Assembly: GCA_965197925.1 (NCBI GenBank)
Contig: CBDAOC010000018.1
Location: forward strand, 32,001 to 96,000
Source of the DNA: Nitrososphaerales archaeon
GTDB taxonomy: Archaea; Thermoproteota; Nitrososphaeria; Nitrososphaerales; UBA213
Length of the DNA stretch: 64,000 nt
Direction of reading: 5' to 3'
Below, piece after piece: positions 51,466-63,010 of this stretch. The translations under genes and the position numbers were made by a program. The notes beneath the pieces are model-generated. The model was given only the letters and a program-made list of their open reading frames with translations. It was not told the origin of the DNA and did no database searches. Every line of letters starts with the position of its first letter. Within the stretch, counting starts at the first letter, position 1.

Positions 51466-51799
51466 TAAATTATAGGAGTTTGTAGATGTTTTTGCTGTAT
51501 TGGGAACACCAAAGATTATATCATATCCATAATCTAGATGAGTAATACAAAAATAAATCAAAAAAGTTGCATGGAAAATATTTGATTGATTTTGCTTCAA
51601 CTTCCCATTTATCTCGCTCAAATTAATTCCACTGATTATCAAACCAAATCCGAATAGATTGATTGTGGGTCACCTAAAATCAGAAATTGCTCTAGGACCC
51701 TATGTATCACAGATATCCCAATTTAACGACAAGAATCAGATCATGAGAGATAGAGATAGGAAATTGATTACCGGCTTCATTGAAGACGGTCCACTTTGC

Positions 51800-52400
51800 T
51801 TTTGTTATGATATGTGGTAGAAAAATAATTGTCGGGTAACTGCAAGCTTTTCTCACCCACCTGGGAGCCCTTGAGCCGAATATCCGTAATTCCAATTTCT
51901 ACAATTGAAGCGGAATTCCAAAAATATGAAGTATGGTTTGTAGATGCTGTGTATTTCTTAAGATAATCGTTAGTCATAACTTTTAATCCCTTTGCGTATA
52001 TGCTTATATGCGTAAGCCCTTTAGGCGTTCCCCTCAATACACAAGGGGGGATCTGGATATTCTTGCAATGTATTGTTGTAAATCCATCCTAGAAGATATT
52101 AGAATGCAAGCATTTTCAGCAATATTCGGGTCCTTGTCAACAAGCTAAATCTATTCATGATTGTTTAGGGTCTATCCTTATCTTCAATTGTTGTAGTTCT
52201 TAAGGCCTGCTGCCAGGTCATTTAAGAGGTAATCTAGTTCTTATCCTTAGATGTTTCGACACAATGGTTGCAAGTATTATCTCTCCTTCACTCCACGTGT
52301 TCAATGGGAGTGATAATGCGAGAGGAATCTTCTTCCATTACAGAAACTCAAGTCCTGCGAGCTCTTTCTTCCTGGATAGATGCTTACCTTTTTTGATTGC
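51800..52400 (-). pseudogene. Heavily decayed tyrosine recombinase/integrase
   Basis: Across frameshifts: TWSEGEI..., DLAA/RP*ELQQLKIR (box I-like), TRTRILL..AF*YLLGW...PDPP, YFWNSA...ITDIRLK...SLQLPDNY (box II-like); boundaries approximate. Confidence 0.45.
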
Positions 52401-52414
52401 CTAGGCATATAACT

Positions 52415-53511
52415 GAGGCTTGGACATAATTAAGTAGCTCGAAACGATAAGATCAGGTTCCAGTTTTCATTATTGATGTGTTTAACTCAGACTCCATACT
52501 CCTTCACATATTATTTTTGATTGGTATGATTCCTTGGCCAAAACCTAATAGGAAAAGAAGTAAACTATTCTGTTATTCTCCAACAGCAATACTGAGGTGC
52601 TTCATCGTTAGAGTATGGGTAAGGATTCCCAGTAACAACGCATTGCATCAGTATTTCTGTATGGATATGCCGTACAATAGGAAGGTGATGAAGGCATGTG
52701 GGTTGGATAGGTTACCAGATAGGAGAACATTAGATAGGAGGTTCAAGCTAATATCTTTTGATATCAAAGCAAGGATAGATGCCATAGGTCTGTTATTCAT
52801 AAATGGGGGTCTGATAGATTCATGCGTTGCATCTGTAGATAGTTCCTTGTTGAAAGCAAAGGGACATGTATGGCAAATCCAGCATGAAGAAGAATGAAGT
52901 GCCACGCTCTGGTATAGATACAGATGCAAAATGGGGCTACAGCAGAACCAAGGGATAGATGTTCGGATACAAGCTGCATATAGCCTGCAGTACAGGCTCA
53001 TTAATTCTACCATTGTCTGCTGACCTAACTACAGCAAATATTTCTGATAATAACTTGTATGAGAGTATAGCAGTACCATTACCAGAAGGGGTTAGATACA
53101 TTGTAGGAGATGAAGGATATGATGATCATGAGTTATGTGATTTCAGCAGGTATAGAGGGCATCTACTAGTATTCCCATTGGAAAGGTACAAGCATACTAC
53201 AGATAATAATAGACTGGCATTACTGCAGTTCTATCAATCTGAATTTGGACAGCTTGTACATTCGCAAAGAAGCATAAGCGTTGAACCATTGATAGAGCAC
53301 ATAAAGGATGTATTTTATATAGACCCATTACCAGTTAGAGGATTTGATAAAGCTAGGAGCATCGTTCTGATTTCTATATTGCTATACCAGCTGATGGTAT
53401 ACTACAACTACTTGACAGGAAGACCATTAAGGGCATTGAAGCACATGTTGGGAAGTTAATCAATCAGAGGCATCAAGTTATTTTTGTTATATGGAATAAT
53501 GCCCATGCCTC
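52415..53511 (+). mobile_element. IS element with DDE transposase (DDE_Tnp_1-like), copy 2; frameshift plus TAG stop
   Basis: TIRs GAGGCTTGGACATAATT ... AATAATGCCCATGCCTC; 8-bp target duplication ATATAACT (52407-52414 and 53512-53519); ORF pieces 52478-52897 and 52959-53459. Confidence 0.92.
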
Positions 53512-53840
53512 ATATAACTATCAAATGGTTGAAGGCCCAAGTTCAAACCAAATACTTTAAGTGTAAGGATCTGGCGTAAATACCTATAACAAGTTCATTG
53601 TTTTCCAATTAGTTCTAGTTAACTCATAGACAAATTAATCGAGCACAAATTCTTGGATTTTGCCTTACTTTCTATTCTATAGACACAGTCGTAATATCAG
53701 GGTTCTGCAGTTGGATTGGGATTTAAATTTGGATTACCCGCAATTCCATAGTGCTTATTGACATCAAAATTGCTCATAATATTTAAAATTACAGATATAC
53801 AATTCTAAACGATTTTAAATGACTTCTTTAGGGAACTAAT

Positions 53841-54500
53841 ATGATGGTTACAGTTAATGAAATTATAGGTCTAATCAAAAAGGCTAGGGAGAGGGCGCAA
53901 CAGAAAAAGTTCACTCAAACGGTTGAACTTATTATTACTCTGAAGGATATAGATGTTAAGAAGGGTTTCTCTATCAATGAAGTAGTTACTTTACCACATC
54001 CATCCTCGAAGAAAGCTAGCGTTTGTGTGCTCGGTTCGGGTGATATGGCATTAAGGTCTAAGAAAGCTAATGCAGAGAAGGTAATAGAACCAGAAGAATT
54101 GGATAGAATAAATACCAATAAAAGAGAGGCGAAGAAGCTTACAAAAAAATTTGATTTCTTTATTGCTGATACCTCAATAATGTCCAAGGTAGGAAAATCA
54201 CTTGGACAGTACCTTGGTCCCAGAGGAAAGATGGCAGCACCGGTGCCTTTTAACTCCCCCGTTGAAAATATGTTGGAACGATTCGGAAATTCTGTCAGGA
54301 TTAGGGCAAAAGCGCAACTAAATGCGTCTTGTAAGATTGGGGATGAGAGTATGAAAGATACTGATCTGTCTGAAAATGCAGTCGCTGTGGTGAGTACGAT
54401 AGAGAAGAAACTACCCAACGGTGATAAAAATGTAAGAAATATTATGATAAAGCTAACTATGGGAAAGCCTGCTACTTTAACAGAAGCCAAGGCGATTTAA
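53841..54500 (+). CDS. rpl1: 50S ribosomal protein L1
   Basis: KFTQTVEL, LPH, LGPRGKM, KIGDESM, KLTMG. Confidence 0.95.
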   Translation: MMVTVNEIIGLIKKARERAQQKKFTQTVELIITLKDIDVKKGFSINEVVTLPHPSSKKASVCVLGSGDMALRSKKANAEKVIEPEELDRINTNKREAKKLTKKFDFFIADTSIMSKVGKSLGQYLGPRGKMAAPVPFNSPVENMLERFGNSVRIRAKAQLNASCKIGDESMKDTDLSENAVAVVSTIEKKLPNGDKNVRNIMIKLTMGKPATLTEAKAI

Positions 54501-54501
54501 T

Positions 54502-55365
54502 ATGCAGACAACTAGAACCTATTCTAAAAAGAAGGTTCAGATGTACAAAGATCTCGTGGAGCTCATTAGGCAATACAAAGTGATAACATTGTTAAAAATG
54601 GAAAAGGTGCGTTCCACACAACTCATGCAGGTAAGAAAGAAGTTCAGAACTCAGCTAAAGATCATAATGACCAAGAATAATATTGCCAAGAAGGCGTTGG
54701 CCGCCGTCGAAATTAAGGGGATGGAAAAAATATTAGAAGGCCTCGAGGGTCAACGCGCATTCATGTTTACAAATATGGATCCTTTCAAGTTATCCCTAGA
54801 ATTAGATAAAAGCAAAATCTATCTACCAGCGAAAGGAGGTAATATTGCAACAGATGAAATAGTTATACCTGCGGGAAACACAGGTATACCTCCTGGTCCT
54901 GTTCTCTCCGAATTCAAAGAAGCGAAGGTTCAAACTAAGATAGATTCTGGTAGCATTGCGGTTTCTGAGGACACAGTAGTTGCTCTACCTGGTGATGTTC
55001 TTTCACACAAACTATCCGCTCTCTTGGGCAAGTTGAATATCAAGCCGATAAAGGCTGGTATGACAGTATTTATGGCCCTACAAGATGGCGTGTTATATAG
55101 AGAAGAGGATCTGATAATAGATATCGAGGGGATTAAGCTTGAATTATTGACCTCCTCCAATTCGTCTTTGGCATTAGCTATAAATGTTTCATATGCAACC
55201 AAGGAAACGATTGAACAATTGTTAGAAAAGGCATTCGCAGATGCAAGAAATCTGTCAGTGAATAGTGAATATGTTAATGATGAGACAATAAAGGAATTAT
55301 TGTATGCAAATAGTGCTAGAGCACAGGCATTATATGAATCTGTAAAAAAATTAGGTTATTCTTAA
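54502..55365 (+). CDS. rpl10: 50S ribosomal protein L10 (P0)
   Basis: [47 protein letters not shown]. Confidence 0.94.
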   Translation: MQTTRTYSKKKVQMYKDLVELIRQYKVITLLKMEKVRSTQLMQVRKKFRTQLKIIMTKNNIAKKALAAVEIKGMEKILEGLEGQRAFMFTNMDPFKLSLELDKSKIYLPAKGGNIATDEIVIPAGNTGIPPGPVLSEFKEAKVQTKIDSGSIAVSEDTVVALPGDVLSHKLSALLGKLNIKPIKAGMTVFMALQDGVLYREEDLIIDIEGIKLELLTSSNSSLALAINVSYATKETIEQLLEKAFADARNLSVNSEYVNDETIKELLYANSARAQALYESVKKLGYS

Positions 55366-55676
55366 CCGAACAGCGCAGATAGTCCTGCAAGTGCCTCTTC
55401 ATCACCCTTTTTCTCCTCTACTTCCTCTTTCTTTTTCTTCTCTCCGCCTTTTGCCTCTGCTCCTGAAGGCTGTTGGGCATCTACCGCAGGGGGCACTACT
55501 ACCGGCGCACTCTTCAGCGCTTCCTCAATGTTAACTTCACTCAGGGCGGCTACCAATGTTTTAACCCTAGCCTCATCTGGCTCAACGCCAGCGGCTTTCA
55601 CAACATTCTTTACATTAACCTCACTCACATCTTGCTTCAGTTTGTGCAAGAGTAAAGCAGCATACACATATTCCAT
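55362..55676 (-). CDS. rpl12: 50S ribosomal protein L12 (aP1)
   Basis: [15 protein letters not shown], acidic hinge, AGLSALFG end. Confidence 0.96.
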   Translation of the reverse strand: MEYVYAALLLHKLKQDVSEVNVKNVVKAAGVEPDEARVKTLVAALSEVNIEEALKSAPVVVPPAVDAQQPSGAEAKGGEKKKKEEVEEKKGDEEALAGLSALFG

Positions 55677-55729
55677 TGTTGATTCATACATACTTCTAGA
55701 AGCTATAATATAAAATTTTGTAAGCTGAT

Positions 55730-56236
55730 TTAGAAAATACTTAGTTGTCGAGCAACAGCATATACGGTCTGTTTCAATTCAGGGTCTTTAATGTCATTCA
55801 TCCTCTCCATAAAGACCTTTAAAGCCTCCTCCCTCCTTTGGTCCGAGGGAGATAGAATCACCGAAAATAGCTCAGGAAAACCTTGACGTAACCATGTATC
55901 TATTTCTGTGTATCTCTTCGGCCCAATCTTTATTGGGTTATTGTTAATATCAAGGTAATCATGAAAATTTCCAGAATCTACCTTGTTAAGTAAGATATGA
56001 ATCAAATTATCTGGATGTGGCTCCTTTAACACCTCCGTGGAACGTAGACCACCTTTTCCTGAACGTGTCTTTTCTAAGAGTCCAGTAGGTTTAATGTACA
56101 ATCCAGCTATCTTGATTCTTTTCTCACCAGATGCTTCAACCACACCAATTATTATTTGAATAGAATCGTTTGAACCACTTACCACAAAAACATACTCGCC
56201 TTCTTTGATGACACCCTTCTTTCCCAGACCAAACAT
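55730..56236 (-). CDS. Hypothetical protein
   Basis: 168-aa ORF with ATG start and upstream TTTAAATA TATA-like element, co-oriented with rpl12. Confidence 0.75.
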   Translation of the reverse strand: MFGLGKKGVIKEGEYVFVVSGSNDSIQIIIGVVEASGEKRIKIAGLYIKPTGLLEKTRSGKGGLRSTEVLKEPHPDNLIHILLNKVDSGNFHDYLDINNNPIKIGPKRYTEIDTWLRQGFPELFSVILSPSDQRREEALKVFMERMNDIKDPELKQTVYAVARQLSIF

Positions 56237-57392
56237 GTTATATCAAGTAAAAATTTTGTATTTAAACAGGATGCCCCTTTACCACTTGAGCTGATAATCC
56301 TTAAATATCCATTTTTGAGGAGAATTATACAATAGTGCGTAACCCAATCCTATGGTAAAAACAATGCCAAGAATTTGACTCCCTAACATACTTACTACCG
56401 TTAGCATGAAACGGTCTACTAGTGGTTATATGTATACTAAATTTATTCTTCATTTAGAGCCTTGGCAAATATCTTTCCTTATACTTTCAAAGTTCTAATA
56501 TCTTCTCAAGCCATTCCAACAAGGTCTTTAATCACAGTAATTGTATTCATCAAATCTACCAACCCATTTTCGAACTATTTTTTAACTTTTTACCATGCCT
56601 ATTATATCATGTATAAGCATCACCAGATAGAATTCCAAAACTATTTCAAAGAATTAGATAACTTCTAGACAAATACCTGAACAACAATAGAGCATAATCT
56701 TTGTCATAATATTAATCTTTTTTTTAAAATCTTTCAAAGCAATTTCTGTGAAGAAAGTCCAGTTTTAATGCTATTGATAATTAACCATGATTGAGTGAAG
56801 GTGTTAAAAGGATATCCTATCAGATATTTTTAATTATGATATATAGAGTTTATTTACAATCCACAATAACTGGTTTCTATAAGGTATATTCTGATTGGAC
56901 TCGAAGTCCAAGCCATCTATCCCACCACGAATATACATCTGGGTTAGCCTTGTATTGGCCTCAATTATATTTGATCATGATCATTTTTCTTCTATGCAAG
57001 CCTTATTCCAAAAAGATATACTAGCTAATTCTTCAGTTGTTTTACAACATTCAGGTGCAAATACCGTTATCTTCAATAGTTTCCATGAGTTATCTTCTTC
57101 ATTACTTACATTTTTAATGTTACTTTAAGTAAGGTGATATTAACAATCAAACTGATCAGTTCCGTAATAATCATATAGATCAAAAACCGATTTATTAAAG
57201 TAATGAGGATTATCTTTTAAACAATTCGTAAGAATAGTAAGTTGTTTGGGACTGGCACAAACTTTTTTGGTCAAGCATCGGGTTAAGGTTATAGTCATCA
57301 ATTTATTATATCATCATTCTAAATTTAGTATAATTAGTTAATGCTTCAATCATAACATTCCTCGCAAAAGGATTAATAACATAAAATACACT

Positions 57393-60113
57393 TTGTTAAA
57401 TAAATTGACGGAAAAAGATGAGCTTGTTACTCGTTTCTCCTCAGAGCCGGATAAATACTATAGGGTTGAGTTATTTGATAATCTTGGGTTCGAAAGGAAA
57501 GGCTGTCACCTCTGTGGTAGATACTTCTGGAGTATCGAAATTAAGGAAAGGTGCCCAAACTGTGAGCCTTATACATTTATCGGAAATCCTCCTACGAGCA
57601 AAAGATTGGATTATGTCAAAGCTTGGCAGGAAATTGAAAAATTTTTTACTAGCCACAATCATACTAGTATAAAACGATACCCTGTTGTTTGCAGATGGCG
57701 CGAAGACCTCTTTTTCACCGTAGCTTCTATAGTTGATTTTCAGCGTGTAATAGGAGGAAAGGTTGTTTTCGAAATGCCGGCCAATCCGTTAATTGTGCCA
57801 CAGGTTTGTTTGCGCTTTAACGATATTGAGAATGTAGGTGTAAGTGGTAAACACTATACATCATTTTGCATGATCGGCCAACATAGCATCGCTAATGAGC
57901 AGGGTTACTGGAAAGATCGTTGTGTCGAACTTGATTTCAATATGCTAACACAAGGATTGGGAATAAGCAAGGAAGAAATCGTTTTTGTTGAAGATGTGTG
58001 GTTAGGTTATGGTGCTTTCGGTTATTCCCTTGAATATTTTGTAAGAGGCCTTGAGCTTGGCAATGCTGTTTTCACGGAATTTGAAGGAACCCCCAAAAAA
58101 CACCTGGAAATGAAAGAGAGAATCATCGATATGGGTGCAGGTCTTGAGCGCTTTTCATGGATAACCATGGGTACACCAACAAGTTACGATTGCTGCTTTG
58201 GACCTTTGATAAATAAACTATTTGACAATATTGGGATAGATTATAATAATGAGATTCTATCGAAATATTTTACCGTAATATCTAGCAGACTGGAAGAAAT
58301 CGAAGATATCAAAGAACTCAAGTCCATAGCAGTGAAGGAATTGAAGTTAAGTTATGAGGAGTTGGAGAATATGGTTGTACCCATAGAGGCTGTTTATACT
58401 TTAGCAGATCATACTAGAACCCTTTTATTCGCTATATCTGATGGTGCGTTACCAAGTAATGTTGGCGGTGGATATAACTTACGTGTTATATTACGACGTG
58501 CAATTTCTACACTCCATAGATTAGGATGGGAAATCAAATTGCAAGATATCGCTGATATGCATATAGATTATTTGAAGACTATTTATCCTGAGCTAGAAGA
58601 GCATAGAGATGAAGTTAAAGCTATCCTAGGCATAGAGATAAACAGATATCATGAATCAACAAAAAGAATGAAATCAATCACAAACAATTTAGCCGCCAGA
58701 AAGGACCAGTTAAGCGACGGGGAATTGATAAAACTTTATGAATCTGATGGGATAACGCCCGATTTTCTGAAAGAGTATGGTGCTATAAACCATATTCCGT
58801 CGAATTTTTACACCAAATTAGCCGGACTTCACGCTGAACATGCATTACAGGAAGCACCTAAACCCAAAGTCCCTATGGAGGAAGTTCAAGCAACAAGGAT
58901 GTTATTCTATGAGGATCAGAAGATGACTAATTTTGAAGCTAAGATTGTACAAATAATTGAAAAGTATGTTGTACTAGATAAAACTGCTTTTTACCCAAGA
59001 GGAGGAGGCCAAGAACCAGATCATGGCTTGATCGCGGATGCCATGGTTACTGATGTTGTCAAACAGGGTAATGTTATCCTACATGAAGTGATTAATGGAA
59101 ATTTGAAGACTGGTTCTTCTGTAAAATGTGTTGTTGACCCCATAAGAAGAGGACTTCTAAAACAACATCATACTGCAACACACGTGTTAAATTCCGCTGC
59201 ACGCAATGCTCTGGGCTCGTGGGTGTGGCAGCATTCTGCATTCAAGGAACACGATTATGCAAGGCTTGACATTACGCATCACTCGCCCCTTACACATGAT
59301 GATATAAATAAAATAGAAAATTTCTCTAACAAAACAATTCAGGCAAACCTCCCGGTTGGTATAAAGATATTTGACAGAACACAAGCAGAATCCCTCTATA
59401 GTTTCAGGATCTACCAAGGAGGTTATGTTCCCAGTAGCAAGATCAGGATTGTAAACATCGAAGGATGGGATATCGAAGCATGTGCGGGAACTCATGTTGA
59501 AAGAACAGGAGAAATTGGTATGTTGAAGATCATAAAAGCAGAACGGATTCAAGACGGTGTAGTCAGATTGGAATTTGTAGCTGGCCAAGCCGCACTTCAA
59601 TATGCGCAAACACAAGAGGAACAACTGAATAAGATAGCACGATCTTTGGGCTCGAGTAAACATAGGTTGGTCGAATCTTTTCAAAAGCTTTTGAACGAGG
59701 TAGAAGTATCAAGAAAAAAACTTAAGACTACTATAAAGAAGCTATCCCCTGTAATTGCAAAAGATATCATCCAAAATGCAAAACACCATGAACAAATTAA
59801 GATATACAGCGTATATGAAGAGGAGTTAGATGAGGAGTATCACATTACTATCGGTGACCAGGCAATTCTTATTGAACCCCTGCTGGTTTATTGTGCATTA
59901 ATTTCAACAGTACAAGGAATCCGTGTCATAGTCTTTGTTGGTAAAGAGGCAAGGAATATCGGCATAAGAGCTGATAAGATAGCCAAGAAGGTAGCAGGAA
60001 ATCTTGGTGGATCTGGTGGAGGCGACGAAAGATTCGGTCAAGGAGGAGGGAAATCTGTTAAAATGTTCAAGGATACTTTTCTTGATATAGAAAACATTTT
60101 GTACGAGGACTAA
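57393..60113 (+). CDS. alaS: Alanyl-tRNA synthetase (archaeal type)
   Basis: RYPVVCRWR.D, ASIVDFQ, GLELGN.VF, GGGYNLR, FYPRGGGQ, editing HHTATH and CAGTH, GGSGGG. Confidence 0.97.
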   Translation: MLNKLTEKDELVTRFSSEPDKYYRVELFDNLGFERKGCHLCGRYFWSIEIKERCPNCEPYTFIGNPPTSKRLDYVKAWQEIEKFFTSHNHTSIKRYPVVCRWREDLFFTVASIVDFQRVIGGKVVFEMPANPLIVPQVCLRFNDIENVGVSGKHYTSFCMIGQHSIANEQGYWKDRCVELDFNMLTQGLGISKEEIVFVEDVWLGYGAFGYSLEYFVRGLELGNAVFTEFEGTPKKHLEMKERIIDMGAGLERFSWITMGTPTSYDCCFGPLINKLFDNIGIDYNNEILSKYFTVISSRLEEIEDIKELKSIAVKELKLSYEELENMVVPIEAVYTLADHTRTLLFAISDGALPSNVGGGYNLRVILRRAISTLHRLGWEIKLQDIADMHIDYLKTIYPELEEHRDEVKAILGIEINRYHESTKRMKSITNNLAARKDQLSDGELIKLYESDGITPDFLKEYGAINHIPSNFYTKLAGLHAEHALQEAPKPKVPMEEVQATRMLFYEDQKMTNFEAKIVQIIEKYVVLDKTAFYPRGGGQEPDHGLIADAMVTDVVKQGNVILHEVINGNLKTGSSVKCVVDPIRRGLLKQHHTATHVLNSAARNALGSWVWQHSAFKEHDYARLDITHHSPLTHDDINKIENFSNKTIQANLPVGIKIFDRTQAESLYSFRIYQGGYVPSSKIRIVNIEGWDIEACAGTHVERTGEIGMLKIIKAERIQDGVVRLEFVAGQAALQYAQTQEEQLNKIARSLGSSKHRLVESFQKLLNEVEVSRKKLKTTIKKLSPVIAKDIIQNAKHHEQIKIYSVYEEELDEEYHITIGDQAILIEPLLVYCALISTVQGIRVIVFVGKEARNIGIRADKIAKKVAGNLGGSGGGDERFGQGGGKSVKMFKDTFLDIENILYED

Positions 60114-60118
60114 ATATC

Positions 60119-63010
60119 ATGCCATTAGATTGGAAAGCCATACAAGATAAGTGGAGGAAACGATGGGATGTTGAAAAAATATTTGAGGCAGAACCAAAAG
60201 AAAACAGGAAGAAATATTTTGTGACCGTAGCATACCCATATCCCAATTCTCCTCAGCATGTAGGACATGGTAGAACGTATGCCTTGGCCGATGTACATGC
60301 CAGATACATGCGGATGCAAGGGTACAATGTATTATTCCCAATGGGGTTCCATTATACTGGTACACCGATTCTTGCAATGTCTAAACGTGTTCAAATCAAA
60401 GATCGTGATTTGATAAATACTTTTATAAAAATATACAAAGTTCCAGAAAATGAGATTGAAACTTTTGTTAAGCCAATAAATATAGCCAAATATTTTCATA
60501 ATGAGATCAAGCTTGGAATGAAAGAGATGGGCTTTGCTATCGACTGGAGAAGAGAATTTACTACTGTAGACAATGCTTATACGAAATTCATAGGATGGCA
60601 ATTTAGAAAATTAAAAGAGAAGGGTCTTGTTGTTCAGGGTTCACATCCGGTGGGATGGTGTCCAAACGATGGCAACCCGGTAAGTCAACACGATACTTTA
60701 GGTGATGTCGAACCAGAATTTACAGAATATACATTGATAAAATTTGAATTAGAAGGGAACATAGTTCTTACTGCCACGCTAAGACCAGAGATGATATTTG
60801 GGGTCACTAATTTATGGATAAACCCGGAAGGAGAATATGTGAGAGCTAGGATAGATGGAGAATATTGGATGATTAGTGTCAAATGTGCTGAAAAGTTAAG
60901 GTTTTTGAACAGGAATGTAGAAATAAAAAATACCTTTAAAGGAAAGGAACTTGTGGGCAAAAAAATAATGGTCCCAATTGTGAATAAGAAAGTTACAATA
61001 TTTCCTGCTGGTTTTGTTGAACCTAAAGACGGAACTGGGATTGTTATGTCTGTGCCTGCCCACGCACCAGACGATTATCAGGCTCTCGAAGATCTAAAGA
61101 AAAATCAAATATTATTAGAAAATTTCATGCTAGATTATGAACAGTTGGAAGCTATAAAACCTATAGTTATAATCGAATCGGAGGGATATGAGGGTATACC
61201 AGCTGCGGTCGCAATCAACAAGTTCACCTCGAAGATACAGGATGAATCTAACCTACAAGATGCTACTTCCAGTTTATACTCACATGAGTACCACAAAGGT
61301 AAGATGTTGGATAATACAATGCAGTATTCTGGGATGAAGGTAGTTGAAGCAAGGGATAAAGTAAATGATGAGTTACAAAATAAATTTGCTGATACAATGC
61401 TCGAGTTAAACACCCCTGTGACATGTAGATGTGGTGCCGAATGTACTGTAAAAATACTAAACGATCAATGGTTCATAAATTACTCCGATTCTGATTGGAA
61501 GTCGTCTACACACGAATGCATAGACGGAATGGAATTAATTCCATTCGAGATGAGAACTGAATTCAACTATACTGTTGATTGGTTGAAAGAGCGAGCTTGT
61601 GCGAGAAAATCTGGATTGGGGACTGAACTACCATGGGATACAGAGTGGGTAATTGAGAGTCTTTCGGATTCTGTGATATACATGGCATACTATATTATCG
61701 CAAAATACATCAATGATCATTCTTTAAGCAATACTAAATTTAAGGATCTTTTTTTTGATTATATTTTTCTAGGCAATGGCATTGCCGAAGAAGTAGCGAA
61801 ATCATGTAATATCTCCGTTGAGTTGTTAGATAGGATCAGATATGATTTTGAATATTTTTATCCGGTAGATACGAGACATTCTGGTAGGGATTTGGTTGCA
61901 AACCATCTCTCATTCTTCGTCTTCAATCATACAGCAATATTCACAAAACCAAAATGGCCGAAACAAATAGTAGTTAATGGAAGTATTCTAATGGAAGGTA
62001 AGAAAATGTCAAAATCAATGGGTAACATAATACCCTTGAGGAGTGCTGCACATGACCATGGAGCTGATGCAATACGCATATCAATGTTGATAGCGTCCGA
62101 GCTACTTCAGGATGCAAATTTTACCCTTGACTCAGTAAAGGGTGCTAGGGAAAGACTGGAACGAATTTACAATATGTGTGTACGATTTAAAAAGAAAGAT
62201 TTAGACCAACTAGAACCTGAAGATAGATGGATGCTCAGTAAATTGCATCATGTAATCGAAAGTACGACAATCGCTATGGAAAAACTTAGGGTTAGAGAGG
62301 CTCTTCATAATATAATAAATTCTATGGATCAGGACGTACATTGGTATCTTAAACGTGCCTCCGCCAAAGAAAGAAATGAGCAATCCATATCTGCGGTGAT
62401 GAAGGGAGTACTTGATAATAGAATTAGATTGCTAGCACCGTTTGCACCCTTTATAAGTGAAGAGATGTGGGAAATCCTAGGAAACAAAAATTCAATTATA
62501 TCTGCCAACTGGCCAAAAGTGGATCCGACAAGAATTGATTATACTTCTGATGAATCTGAGATTATTATTATGAATTTACTTGTTGACGGAAAGAATATAA
62601 TAAAAATTACTAAAATTAAACCAAAGAAAATCTTCATTTATGTTGCTTCAGAATCCAAGTGGAACGTTTACAATAGAATACTAAATGCAATAATAGAGGG
62701 GATGACAAATTTTGGTGAAATAATGAAGTTGCTTCATTCTAGTCAGCCTAATAGCAAGATAGAGTGTACTCCGGCTATGGTGAAGCGAATGATTGAAGAT
62801 GCTTTATCTGTTCCCTATGATTCTAGACTTAGAAAGGCAAACATATTGTGGTTGGATGAATCAAAAATTTTAAATGATGCTAAAAGTTTATTGGTCAGAG
62901 AATTTGATGCAGAAATTGTCATATACAACGAGAACGATTCAGAAAGAATAGACCCGAAGAAGAAAGCTACCATGGCACGTCCATACAAACCCGCACTCTA
63001 TATTGAATAA
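60119..63010 (+). CDS. leuS: Leucyl-tRNA synthetase (archaeal type)
   Basis: AYPYPN..HVGH, IDWRREF, ATLRPE, GTGIVMSVPAHAP, ESLSDS, KMSKS. Confidence 0.97.
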   Translation: MPLDWKAIQDKWRKRWDVEKIFEAEPKENRKKYFVTVAYPYPNSPQHVGHGRTYALADVHARYMRMQGYNVLFPMGFHYTGTPILAMSKRVQIKDRDLINTFIKIYKVPENEIETFVKPINIAKYFHNEIKLGMKEMGFAIDWRREFTTVDNAYTKFIGWQFRKLKEKGLVVQGSHPVGWCPNDGNPVSQHDTLGDVEPEFTEYTLIKFELEGNIVLTATLRPEMIFGVTNLWINPEGEYVRARIDGEYWMISVKCAEKLRFLNRNVEIKNTFKGKELVGKKIMVPIVNKKVTIFPAGFVEPKDGTGIVMSVPAHAPDDYQALEDLKKNQILLENFMLDYEQLEAIKPIVIIESEGYEGIPAAVAINKFTSKIQDESNLQDATSSLYSHEYHKGKMLDNTMQYSGMKVVEARDKVNDELQNKFADTMLELNTPVTCRCGAECTVKILNDQWFINYSDSDWKSSTHECIDGMELIPFEMRTEFNYTVDWLKERACARKSGLGTELPWDTEWVIESLSDSVIYMAYYIIAKYINDHSLSNTKFKDLFFDYIFLGNGIAEEVAKSCNISVELLDRIRYDFEYFYPVDTRHSGRDLVANHLSFFVFNHTAIFTKPKWPKQIVVNGSILMEGKKMSKSMGNIIPLRSAAHDHGADAIRISMLIASELLQDANFTLDSVKGARERLERIYNMCVRFKKKDLDQLEPEDRWMLSKLHHVIESTTIAMEKLRVREALHNIINSMDQDVHWYLKRASAKERNEQSISAVMKGVLDNRIRLLAPFAPFISEEMWEILGNKNSIISANWPKVDPTRIDYTSDESEIIIMNLLVDGKNIIKITKIKPKKIFIYVASESKWNVYNRILNAIIEGMTNFGEIMKLLHSSQPNSKIECTPAMVKRMIEDALSVPYDSRLRKANILWLDESKILNDAKSLLVREFDAEIVIYNENDSERIDPKKKATMARPYKPALYIE

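Noticed and set aside
56240..57390. AT-rich 1.1 kb region upstream of alaS with coding-like fragments on the minus strand
   Set aside because: Probably a pseudogene, but too degraded to assign by eye.
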